Origin: Octopus sinensis
Lineage: Eukaryota
NCBI RefSeq assembly: GCF_006345805.1
Contig: NW_021831692.1
Location: 1 to 34,752, forward strand
Direction: 5' to 3'
DNA length: 34,752 bases
Positions within the stretch are counted from its first letter, which is position 1. The number at the start of each line of letters is the position of its first letter. Of this stretch, positions 24,168 to 34,752 are shown piece after piece. A program made the position numbers and the translations under genes. Under the pieces are notes generated by a model. It had not been told where the DNA came from and made no database searches. It saw nothing but the letters and a program-made list of their open reading frames with translations.

Positions 24168-24380
24168 GGAGTAAACACATAAATGTGAAACAAGGTGAAA
24201 AAAAAAGTACTCAAATACCAGGGGTAGAGTAATATGCTTTATTTAAAAGCAGCAGAAATTCAACAAATCCTGTTACTCTGAGTTTCACGTTCCCGTTCGT
24301 CGGACTGTTTGACGAACGGGAACGTGAAAGTCAGAGTAACAGGTTTTGCTGAATTTCTGCTGCTTTTAAATAAAGTATAT
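24166..24380. mobile_element. Penelope-like remnant with a 70-bp inverted repeat (24232-24301 / 24311-24380)
   Basis: Arms differ at 4 of 70 positions; 9-nt loop ggactgttt. Each arm carries a hammerhead-like motif. Confidence 0.75.
24305..24342 (+). ncRNA. Minimal type I hammerhead-ribozyme-like motif (degenerate)
   Basis: ctgt|ttgacga|acg ggaa cgt|gaaa|gtcagag|ta|acag. The opposite arm (minus strand, 24310->24269) reads cagt|ccgacga|acg ggaa cgt|gaaa|ctcagag|ta|acagg. Confidence 0.6.
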
Positions 24381-24508
24381 ATATATATATCAGAGTGCGA
24401 TGGACAAATTTTATATTTTTAATTTCACGCATGCGCATTGTACACTTTTGCTTTTATTGTCTGCAAAGTATAGTAAGGTCTGTTGGGCACCGTCCGTGAG
24501 AAATTCAC

Positions 24509-24579
24509 TCTGTCAGTTGGAAACGATATGCTATAAAACTTGGTATTCTTCCGTTTCACGCCGAGTGATTTCCGTACAC
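24509..24579 (-). CDS. Candidate internal exon (71 nt, phase 1/0; (G)VRKSLGVKRKNTKFYSISFPTDR)
   Basis: Minus strand has branch-like ctaac plus ttctctgccctag|GTGTAC…GACAGA|gtgaat; a single open frame. No homology recognised. Confidence 0.25.
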
Positions 24580-24682
24580 CTAGGGCAGAGAAGTTAGTTG
24601 TATGCATTCCCAGATTACATACACAAATTCACAAGTACAATATGTATTTAAAAAATTAATATTACTACTACTCTTATTATTA

Positions 24683-24751
<69 letters not shown>

Positions 24752-25435
24752 GATAATTTTGTTGCTCACGAAAATAAATTAAGACTAAATTCCTCTCGAC
24801 TGGATGCGAACTTAATAGCACCGGGGAATCGTTATAAGTATTGCCAAAATTTCCCTTCGTGATTCTAATGCTTCAATAAATTCAAAACACTGGCGGCTTC
24901 TGGAACGCTTTTTATAGTATGACTACTCAAAATCATGGCTAATTTTGGCTTATGCAAATAGACACAAAACAACAACGCCAATCGCTACCATCACTAATTA
25001 ATTTAGGGATTCCAGCAGAGACTTAGGATATAAATATGGATTTAGAATAAATGGCTTCTGCATAATTTCAGGATTACTAAATCAAACCAAAGCCTAAGCA
25101 AGGAAAGGGAACACTGGGAAACATAAAACATAAATGGTTGGTTACGAGAGAATTTCTCAAAACTGGTTTATGTTTCGTTTCGTTTTCTGAAGATTCATGT
25201 TTATTTATATAAATAACTTCACAAACAAAAAAATGAAATACGAAACGAAATATTAATCTTCAACACACATGTGCGCGTGCACACGCAGAGATACACAGAC
25301 ACACACACACATACACATGCATCAAAAAGGTTTGTAACATCCTCATAAAAGATCTATTATATCTTTTTTAAAATATCTTTCAAAAAATAATCCCCTTAAT
25401 ACTTAAAAGCTGTAGTAAGTAATCTTCACAAAGAC

Positions 25436-25507
<72 letters not shown>

Positions 25508-25565
25508 GATAAATATGATACTTAAGTTGAGGCACCAGAATTTAGAACGGTATTATCCATACAAA

Positions 25566-25752
25566 ATCAAAATAAGCTACAAGAACATCCAGAGGTAATG
25601 CAGCACTACCGTTTCATGCAACTCCATTTAATTGAACAATGCAATCATTACATCAATTTAAAATGATGTAATGATTGCACTGTTCAATTCAATGGAGTTG
25701 CATGAAACGATCGTACTGCACTACCTCTGGCTATGTTTGTTGCTTATTTTGA

Positions 25753-25753
<1 letters not shown>
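25566..25753. repeat. ~188-bp imperfect palindrome (no loop)
   Basis: atcaaaataagc…ccagaggta.tgcag.ac…cgtttcatgcaactccatt.aattgaaca.tgcaatcattacatca is mirrored around ~25659/25660. Confidence 0.9.
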
Positions 25754-25847
<94 letters not shown>

Positions 25848-25940
25848 GTATATATATATATGTATGTAGGTGTATATGTATGTCTGTATGTAAATATGCT
25901 TGTATGTATGTATGTATGTATGTATGTATTTATGTATGTA
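25754..25940. repeat. (TA)n/(TATG)n microsatellite
   Basis: Seen directly. Confidence 0.95.
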
Positions 25941-26134
25941 TGTTCTACATGAGCATTTAAAAAATTTGATGAATGGAAAAATTCTCGTTTTAATGGTTGA
26001 ATTCGAAGTAAAACTATATCTACTTCAAATTCAAACTGAAAATGTACCATACGTGTGTATGTGTGTGAGCGTGTTTATATTTTTGTCTAAAATAGATAAA
26101 AATATATAACTCTGTCACACTTTATCAATCATTG

Positions 26135-26345
26135 AACTATGCCCATGCTGGAGCACTGATTCATATGTTTAGTTGGGACCAATCGATCTCAGTATTTATT
26201 TTAACTCTAGTACTCATCTTATCAGCCTACTTTGGTGAAACGCTAAGTTACGGGAAACGTGCTTAAATCAGCATAAATTAGCATAAATCAGCATAGATTA
26301 GGATAAATTAGCGTAAATCGACATCGCTTGTCAAATGGCGGGGAG
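26135..26345 (-). mobile_element. SINE family A, degraded 3' half
   Basis: gcccatgctggagcac…cgctaagttacggg…acatcgcttgtcaa is the reverse complement of the family A 3' module. Confidence 0.6.
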
Positions 26346-26424
26346 AGAAGAAAACGAAACACACACACTCACTCACACACTCACATACACAGACACGTAT
26401 ACACAAATGCATGCTTTCAGATGT

Positions 26425-26455
<31 letters not shown>

Positions 26456-26670
26456 CCAGGACCCAATTAATATATTCGCTGAACGCGAGACAGGTGACCA
26501 AGGTAGTCACACCGAGAGACGGACACTTAGAGAAGACAATGCTAAAATTAAATGAGTGGTCGAAGAATTATTTTGGAGATGCACGACGGTTCTGGATTTG
26601 ATGCATTCAAGATTGCTCACAGTAGTGACTCTAGGGGAGGAGGGAAGATTCATGGGCCTGACACGCTGTT

Positions 26671-27079
26671 ATTTATCTTTCGTCTTTTATCTTTTGCATG
26701 TTACCGTCACTGGACTGCAACCATACTGGAGCACTTGAAGAAATATTAGTCGAAGGAATCAACCTCAACCTTATTTTTCTTTAAGGGTAGGGCTTGTTCT
26801 ATCAAGCCTTTTGGCCCAACCGCTAAGTTATGCGAACATAAATACATCAATACCGGTTGTCAAGCGGTCGTGGAGGACAAAAATAGACACAAACACACAC
26901 ACACACAAATGCACACACGCACACACGACAGCCTTCTCTCAGTTTCCTTTAACCAAATCTACTCACAAGGTTTTGGTCTGCTCGTGGCAATAATGTAAGA
27001 CACTTGCTGAGAGTGTCACGCAGAGGAACTGAACCCGGAACCAGGTAGTTTGGAAACAAGCTTCATACCAAACAGCTAC
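26671..27079 (-). mobile_element. SINE family A (full length, diverged)
   Basis: Reverse complement is colinear with 3567-3978: gaactgaacccggaacc head, CA microsatellite, ccgctaagtta, catactggagcac tail. Confidence 0.85.
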
Positions 27080-27914
27080 GTGTGTTTCAAATTACGAAAT
27101 GTCGTGTTCAATTTACAGCTGAAGTAAAAAATGAAACTAAAGTTACTTGAAAATAGTTTTACATCGTCCCTTAAATGCCGATGGCGATGAATAAGACTTT
27201 GAATGTTGCGCTTCTGCAGATGATTGAAATACGAGAGAAAGGAAACCCGTTTGACCAATAACTCAATTCAGGATAAGGGTAGAAATTTTGAGAGGAGAAG
27301 CTACGCCGCAACGTTATTTCCACTATCTAGTCGAGGTTCTATTTTATGAAGCCTGAAATAAAAAAAAAAAAAAATGCACTTGATCTCAGTGTGTTTCGAA
27401 CTCAAAATGTAAAGCGTCGGAAGAAAGAGCACATGGGTACTCAGGTCCCTCCCGGTGATTCCACCGACGCTTCACCTTCTGTTTCGCCAATGAAATACGT
27501 ATTGTATGTAAAATAAGAAGTGGAATGTATCAGAAATAGTCAAAAAATAAATTTAATTCGAATTTTGTCTCCTTTGAAGCGAATGTAACAAAACTGTCGA
27601 TGACATCTTTTCCTCTTCGCGGGTAAGTTAGAATCTTGATTTGTGTTGTAACTTTACGCAGACATTTGTTGAGGCTGGTATTTGACAGTTTGACTTCAGC
27701 TTTATCGTAGTAACTCGATTGTCTCAGGGTCTTGTTGCAATCTGCTTTGCTGAACATGATGAGTGACCAACTCTCTGTGTATTCTCTGACATTCCAAACT
27801 ATCAAGTCATTCCTTCCTCTCCGATTGGTAGCAAGTCTTAAATTCAAAATTATATATATATTTTTTAATTTTCTCTGGAGAAAAAGATGTGTCTGTAATG
27901 ATCTGAGGACCACC

Positions 27915-28340
27915 TAAACAGGTGAAATTGACGTGGTTAATACACTTCTTGAACAGTTGAAATCTGACGGCTGCAGGAAAGACGTGTGCAGGTAAAGATT
28001 TCCAGAGAGCCAAATTTTTAGGCAGAACCGTTTGAGTATAGGGGTTGACGCAGAGTTTGGAGGGGTGAATAAGGCATGAGGAACGAGAAGAGAAATGAGA
28101 GAGTCGGGTGTACGTGACGGCATGTGGTACGAGACCAGTAAGTTCATTAGAGAAGAGGCCATTGTAGTAACGGTAGAAGAGAAAGAGGGAGGACACAGCA
28201 CGCTTGTGGGCCAGAGGCTGGAGTGTATTAAAAAGCAATTTTATACTTATGAGTCGTGTGGCCTTCTTTTGAATGGGCCCTAGGATTTTTCTATGTATAG
28301 CCGCAGTTGCATCATCCCAAATATGGCAGTAGTACTCCAT
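27915..28340 (-). mobile_element. CR1/L2-type LINE ORF2 C-terminal fragment (5'-truncated)
   Basis: MEYYCHIWDDA…IQKKATRLI…LQPLAHKRAVSSLFLFYRYYNG…LWKSLPAHVFP…FKKCIN matches the post-RT C-terminus of CR1/L2/Jockey-group ORF2 proteins (EY..HIW, IQ.RA.RLI, R.VASL.LFY, LWN.LP, FK motifs). Confidence 0.85.
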
Positions 28341-29354
28341 TGCAATATTGTAATATTAATTCTTCACTTAACTGTACGAATTCTTTACTTAAGTTCTCTC
28401 TGCAAAAGATTGGTTGTAGCTGGAACATAAAATACTTTTTGAAACGTACGAAGGACTTCTGAGAATCTTCTCCATCATCCAAATTCTTTGTCTTTCTCGA
28501 AATTACGATGGCTGATAAAAGAAATAGTTATTTAAATTAATGTCAGGAATATTATCATATTTTCTGGAAATCTAGTAGGAAATTTCGAAGTGACGTAAGC
28601 AAGTTTGTTATGACGAAAGAGAGAGGTTTTGTTTTACATATACATCTACTTGATTTCTTGAATATCCACCATTACGTCACAATTTATGGGGAGGGAGGAA
28701 ACTGGTGTGATATGCTGTAATATCGAACATTTGATAAAATAATTCTAGGATAGAGTGGTGGTTACGTCGGTAACTTTTGTATTATTTGGAAAAAGCAACA
28801 GAAAATACGGTGTAATTGCCGTGCGGATTGGAGTGTCCGACGTTTCGGGGGAAAGTCATTCGTCTGGGTAAAGATTACAAGAGACAAATGAAAGCAAGTC
28901 AGGAGATTTTACAAATTCTATGTTTGAGAAACTGGCTGCAATTGGCGCTTCATACGTTCTTTAAATGAAACATGGTATTTAAACAAGCAGACGTCTTTGT
29001 GAGACATCAATTAGCGCTAATTGACGTATTCCTCAATAGCTATATTAAAAATATTAACAAGTGGAAGATAAGGGCTAAAGACAGTCTGTTGGTGGTCGAT
29101 CAACTTGATATCAACAGCAATTAACACATCTTCAAATCACATCATATCATTAACTGGTTGAGCCCTGCCGTTGCTGAAAGGAGACATTCACTAATATAGC
29201 TTTATTTCCAATATGTCTGAATGAAAGTTGACGATCGTAAGAGCGAGAAAACTTTTCATTAAAAGGTGAATTGAATAAAATAGTTTGATTTCATAATACT
29301 ATTGATATCCATTATCACATTCAGTGCATTACGTGTATTTCTATTTATTTATTC

Positions 29355-29356
29355 TA

Positions 29357-29432
<76 letters not shown>

Positions 29433-29488
29433 TCGATCGATCGATCGATCTATCTGCTTGTCTGTCTGTCTGCCAATTTGTCTGTCTG

Positions 29489-29543
<55 letters not shown>

Positions 29544-29598
29544 CACTTTATCTGTCTAGCTGTCTGTCTCTCGTTTGCTCTTTGTATAATGAATATGA

Positions 29599-29642
<44 letters not shown>

Positions 29643-29680
29643 TATTATATATATATATATGTATGTAGTATATATATGTA
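29355..29680. repeat. (TCTG)n(TCTA)n and (TA)n microsatellites
   Basis: Seen directly. Confidence 0.95.
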
Positions 29681-29954
29681 AGTACAATTAAAGTTTACGT
29701 ACCTCACTGAGGGATAGGAAAACTCTATGATAGTACGGGTTATTTACCTATACAAAGAATGCTGAACTTTACAAATAATAGTCAACAGCAAAGTATCTAT
29801 ATAAACCGTGGTTTATATATATTTTCAGCTTTTAAATTTTCATCTTTTAAATTTGCAACTCGAGCCAACAAGACTAGATGAATTCTGAATGGTCGTTTCA
29901 CCTGCTAGAAACAACAAAATACTCTACAAATCACACCGTGTCCAAGATTTACTT

Positions 29955-30152
29955 AAAGCACACGGCCTGAAATTTGGAGGAAGGGGTCTAGTCGATTATA
30001 TCGACCCCAGTGTTTCACCGGTACTTAATTTATCAACCCCGAAAGGTTGTAAGGCAAAAATCGACCTCGGTGGCGTCTGAAGTCAGAAAGTAAGGACGGA
30101 CGAAATGCCGAAAGTATTTTGACCGGTGTGTACTAAAGACTCTCCCAGCTCA
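29955..30152 (-). mobile_element. tRNA-headed SINE, family B (Meta/MESC-core-like)
   Basis: ggcctgaaattt…gtcgattatatcgaccccagtg…ggtacttaatttatcaaccccgaaagg…gcaaaaatcgacctcgg is homologous to 32368-32598. Confidence 0.8.
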
Positions 30153-30290
30153 ACGGGACACCTTTTCCTGAAAATAAAATGGAGGTCCTAGGAATAAGGC
30201 AAAAATATTTGATATAAACTGTTCACTCTAAGATAATATGGATCCAAACAACATCGGCACCACCACCATCACCACCAGCAGCAACAAAAA

Positions 30291-30680
30291 GTGGAGGCGC
30301 AATGGCCCAGTGGTTAGAGCAGCTGACTCACGGTCGGAGGATCGCGGTTTCGATTCCCAGACGGGCATTGTGTGTTTATTGAGCGAAAACAACTAAAGCA
30401 CCACGAGGCTCCCGGCAGGGGACGGTGGCGACTTCTGTTGTATTCTTTCGCCCAACTTTCTCTCACTCTTTCTTCCTGTTTCTTGTACCCGACTTCCTAC
30501 GCAACCACTGATCTTGGACGCGCATTCATCCATCCGTCGATGCTCTCGGTGTCGGGGGGGGGGGGAAGTTGACCTTGGTTTCTCTTCTGCGGGTCTTACG
30601 ACTAGCAAAGGACCACGTTTCAGCCTTCTCCCATCTTGCAAGCTCTGGGATGAAGACTGCTTCGCTCAACAGCAACATCA
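30291..30680 (+). mobile_element. tRNA-headed SINE, family D with tail Y (copy 1)
   Basis: Head gtggaggcgcaatggcccagtggttagagcagctgactc…ggtttcgattccc (A/B boxes); ends cttcgctcaacagcaac. Confidence 0.85.
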
Positions 30681-31077
30681 GTGGAGGCGCAATGGCCCAA
30701 TGGTTAGGGCAGCGGACTCACGGTCGGAGTATCGGGGCTTCGATTCCCAGACCGGGCGTTGTGTGTGTTTATTGAGCGAAAACACCAAGAGATCCACGAG
30801 TCTTCGGCAGGGGGTACTGGCGACCACTGTTGTACTCTTTCGCTCCAGCTTTCTCTCACTTTTTCTTCCTGTTTCCTGTCCCCGACTTCCTGCGCAACCG
30901 CTGAGCCAGGATGCGCATTCATCCATCCGTCGATGCTCTCGGTGTCGGGGGGATGGAGTTGACCTTGGTTTCTCTTCTGCGGCTCTTACGAATAGCAAAG
31001 GAGCAACGTTTCGGACTTCTCCCCTCTTGCGAGCTCTGGGACGAAGACCGCTTCGCTCAACAGCAACAGCAACCAGC

Positions 31078-31108
<31 letters not shown>

Positions 31109-31127
31109 GCAATAACAGCAGCAACAC
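30681..31127 (+). mobile_element. tRNA-headed SINE, family D with tail Y (copy 2) plus (CAA/CAG)n tail
   Basis: Colinear with copy 1 but with many substitutions; body ends at ~31060, followed by CAA repeats. Confidence 0.85.
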
Positions 31128-31409
31128 CATTATAAAATATCAATAGTTAACATTGATACAAAACATTTTCGACAAACTGGTGTATTTAATAACGCCAGTA
31201 ATATACTTCAGGCTTCTTTGTTGATATTTTTTCTATCAAGCTTCTCACGATATGAATGAAACAACATTTCAATTCCGGGCAAGTAAATCAAAATCAATAT
31301 TGTTTTTCTGCTTGTTTGCTTGTTGTTTTTTTATATTTTTTTTTGTATTTTGTTGTTTTTGTAGTTTTTGGTCTTTCGATTTTTGTTTATAATAAATTTT
31401 CCAATGATT

Positions 31410-31555
31410 TATGACTGAACACACACAGCACACACACATACACATACACACCCGCACACATAAATATATTTATATATGTATATATATGCATGCATGCACG
31501 TATCTATCTATCAGTCTATCCATGTATGTATGTATGTATGTATCTATCTATCTAA

Positions 31556-31623
<68 letters not shown>

Positions 31624-31800
31624 ATAAATATATATATATTATATGTATATGCATATATATTATATATATATATGTATTTAAACATATGTATATGTATGTA
31701 TATATATATGTATATGTATTTATGTATGTATATATATGTATGTGTGTGTGAGTGTGTATATATATATGGTGTGTGTGTTGTGTGTGTGTGTGTGTGTGTT
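31410..31800. repeat. (CA)/(TCTA)/(TA)/(TG) compound microsatellite
   Basis: Seen directly. Confidence 0.95.
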
Positions 31801-31803
31801 GCA

Positions 31804-31960
31804 TCAATTTCGCAGTCTGGGTCTCATCTCGTACATCTATACATGAAGGTTTGTATCTAGCTAAAGATGCTGAGATTTGGCTGGGTATATAACATGACAA
31901 CCAAAACTCGGGGTCTTTAGCGGGACAAAATCCGTGACGAGACCCAGACTGCAAAATTGA
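31804..31960. mobile_element. Small MITE-like element with 25-bp inverted termini
   Basis: tcaatttcgcagtctgggtctcatc / gacgagacccagactgcaaaattga (2 mismatches). Single copy in the window, no clear TSD. Confidence 0.55.
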
Positions 31961-32189
31961 AGTAGCACATGTCGAGATGAATGCCACCAGTAAGGGACAG
32001 TAGCAGGGTGGATCGAAACAACCGTTGTTCAAAATAAAGATTAACACCAATTCCATCTTTTCGCTAATTAAGCAATTATTATTATCTCAACACTGCGGAA
32101 TTCCTGAAGCAGACCCAACATAGATATATGCATGCATGCATATATCTATGTATGCATATATATACATAGATAAATAAACACACACACAC

Positions 32190-32355
32190 ATCCTTTTCTA
32201 CTTTAGGCACAAGGCCCGAAAGTTTGGGGGAGGTTACCAGTCGGGACCAGTCGGTTAGATCGAACCAAGTACGCAACTGGTAGTTAATTTATCGACCCCA
32301 AAAGGATGAAAGGTAAAGTTGATCTCAGCGGAATTTGAACTCAAAACGTAAAGAC
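32190..32355 (-). mobile_element. SINE family B (5'-clipped)
   Basis: cttttctactttaggcacaaggcccgaaa…ttatcgaccccaaaaggatgaaagg…ggaatttgaactc. Confidence 0.8.
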
Positions 32356-32367
32356 AGAAAAAACACC

Positions 32368-32598
32368 TATTTCTTTACTATCCACAAGGGGATAAACACA
32401 GAGGGGACAAAGAAGGACAAACAAACGGATTAAGTCGATTATATCGACCCCAGTGCGTAACTGGCAATTATTTAATTGACCCCGAAAACATAAAAGGCAA
32501 GGTCGACCTCGGCGGAATTTGAACTCAGAACGTAGCGGCAGACGAAATACCGCTAGGCATTTCACCTGGCGTGCTAACGATTCTACCAGCTCACCACC
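32368..32598 (-). mobile_element. SINE family B (full head, variant tail)
   Basis: Minus-strand head ggtggtgagctggtagaatcgttagcacgcc…gagttcaaattccgccgaggtcgacc. Confidence 0.85.
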
Positions 32599-32610
32599 CT
32601 AAATTATGTG

Positions 32611-32730
32611 ACGCTTACAGAACCTAGGTTTCCTAATCGGTCACCCATCTAAGTACTCACTAGGCTCGACGTTGCTTAACTTCGGTGATCGGACGAGAAC
32701 CGGTGCTTTCAACCTGATATGGCCGTGAGC
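32611..32730 (-). rRNA. 5S rRNA: Full-length dispersed 5S rRNA copy (probably a pseudogene)
   Basis: Minus strand GCTCACGGCCATATCAGGTTGAAAGCACCGGTTCTCGTCCGATCACCGAAGTTAAGCAACGTCGAGCCTAGTGAGTACTTAGATGGGTGACCG…CTAGGTTCTGTAAGC matches the eukaryotic 5S consensus. One helix I mismatch; no TTTT terminator downstream. Confidence 0.9.
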
Positions 32731-32828
32731 AAACATACACATATCTTCAGCAATACACTGCAGTCTTAGAGAACATGGAAAATTGATGCATTTTATGTTT
32801 GACCAATGCGTACGAAACATCAAAATAT

Positions 32829-33251
32829 GGGATCTTTTCGATTTGAACGGCAGTTTTTAACATAATTTCTAGGTAACTAAAAAATTTTAAACTTCGTATA
32901 CTGGTAGAATGTGTTTATAAAACATCTTTTTCTCTTGGCTTTATTGAGAAAATTCTATATTTGTAAGATTTTGTTTGTTCTCAATTCTGATTTTTCAACC
33001 AATTACGTCTATTGAGTTAAAAAGCATTTTGTTCCATATGAATATGTCCCTCGTTTAAGAAACAGATTGGGTTTATTTAAATTTGTGATGAAAAGAAGAT
33101 ACCCTTCCCTCACCCCTAACCCTAAATAACCCTAACTAACCCTAACCCTAAAAGAGATTGAAATGCAATAGATCGATACTAGGGTCATAATTATGAGTGA
33201 CAATTTCATATGACACCACTAGAAAAAACTGCCGTTCAAACCGAAAACATC
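32829..33251. mobile_element. Second copy of the 7700-8107 MITE, with (AACCCT)-like tract at ~33113-33150
   Basis: gggatcttttcgatttgaacggcag … ctgccgttcaaaccgaaaacatc; interior colinear with the first copy, same orientation. Confidence 0.85.
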
Positions 33252-33854
33252 TTAATATATGTACATACGCACGCGCTACGTAAGTTCATAGAACTGCATT
33301 AAATTACAGAGACAAAACAGTACCACAGTATATTAGTTTTTTATGCAACTAAATGGACTCGCCCTTCTTAGTGAGGTATGCGACTTTTTACATGAACACA
33401 ACTACGCGTCGATGAGTGTGTATTTGCGGCCGATTGGACAAATTTACTTATGTACAAATGACATATGTATTATGAAAATGAACATATATTTTCAGTATGT
33501 TACTTTATTTTTCTCTTAATAACTTTTCCTCTGATTTATGACAAAACAATATTACAGGACTTCACGTATATTGCAGAATAATAACAACAGACTTGTCGGC
33601 CGCACATAAATTAATCAAATTTAAATCAGTCATTTCCTACAAGAAGCAAAGAAAAAAAAAAGAATAAAAAGAAAATGTGTGTGTATGAAAATATTTTTAT
33701 GAAAATGAAAATATTTTTGATTCTTAGCAAAATAGTCTGAAGCCAGACTGTAAAAAGAAAAAGAAAAAGAAAAGAATAAAGAAACTTCAAGCAACAAACA
33801 CAAAAGAAAAAACTTGGAACATCTGGATTGGATATATTTGAAATAAGATATATA

Positions 33855-34420
33855 TGAATGTGAATATATATATAATATGTATATATATATATATAATATA
33901 TATATATATATATTATATAATATAATATATAATATATTTATATATATATATATATCATACATCATATATATATATATACATTCACACATATATATATATT
34001 ATATATATATATATATGCAATACATATATATATATAGTATAAATATATATATTATATACATTCATATATATATATATTCATTTATATATAGGTAGGTAGA
34101 TATATGAGCATATACATTTCTTTTTGTATATCTACAAATTTATGCATATGTATATATACGCACACACACACACACACATATATATATACATACACTTGTC
34201 ATCGTCTCTTTTTCTTTCTCTTCATATATATCGTGTATGTATATACGTATATATTATATAATATATATAATCTAATATATATATAGAGTATATGTATATA
34301 TATATATATAATATATATATAAATAAAAATATATTAAATATATAATATATATATATATAACATATATACACATACATATATACATACATATATGCATACA
34401 TACATAGCCATACGTGTATA
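33855..34420. repeat. (TA)-rich microsatellite region
   Basis: Seen directly. Confidence 0.9.
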
Positions 34421-34752
34421 AGCAATGTGTATATGCAAAGAAGCGCAAAACCCACACATATATCTCGTAGAAATAATAGTAGCGGATATTGGGACGATCA
34501 CTGTGCCAACTGAATGAACACACTGACTGCTGTTCACTTCATTGTTAATTGCTTATCGTGTCATAGTTTTTCTCTTTAAACATATGAAACATTTTCAATG
34601 TTCAGACTTTATAAATTTGTGGTGGTAAATTTATTGCAGAATCAATTTTTCACAATTAATTTTCACTACTTACACATTTTTATAAATATATACCACACCG
34701 CTCCATCTCTCTCTCTAACACACACACACTTATATACAACATTATATATATA

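Noticed and set aside
27530-27913. 127-aa minus-strand ORF
   Set aside because: No recognisable domain; it starts at the end of the LINE fragment and crosses low-complexity sequence.
30514-31146. 210-aa ORF with an internal repeat
   Set aside because: It spans the tandem SINE D pair; the repeat is the SINE duplication.
33113-33150. True telomere or chromosome-fusion scar
   Set aside because: The short AACCCT tract lies at the same internal position of a two-copy MITE.

Overview
Eukaryotic, AT-rich, repeat-dominated DNA. From recalled repeat families and a mollusc-like 5S rRNA sequence it is most likely an octopus (coleoid cephalopod) intergenic or intronic region; this assignment is inference, with no database search run. 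I recognise no intact protein-coding gene, and almost all listed ORFs are microsatellite or SINE artefacts. Supported content: about 20 copies or fragments of four tRNA-headed SINE families (my labels A-D) that visibly swap body and tail modules, a decayed R4/Dong-clade LINE RT fragment next to (TAA)n, a CR1/L2-type LINE ORF2 3' fragment, and a full-length orphan 5S rRNA copy. Also present are two copies of a ~410-bp MITE with internal telomere-like repeats, several fold-back palindromes, a 122-bp tandem array and many compound microsatellites. The most interesting signal is a set of six minimal hammerhead-ribozyme-like motifs of the Penelope-like element type (plus one much weaker candidate), two of them inside one long inverted repeat; three related copies all carry the same core substitution. 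Boundaries are hand-estimated, roughly +/-10 bp unless stated.
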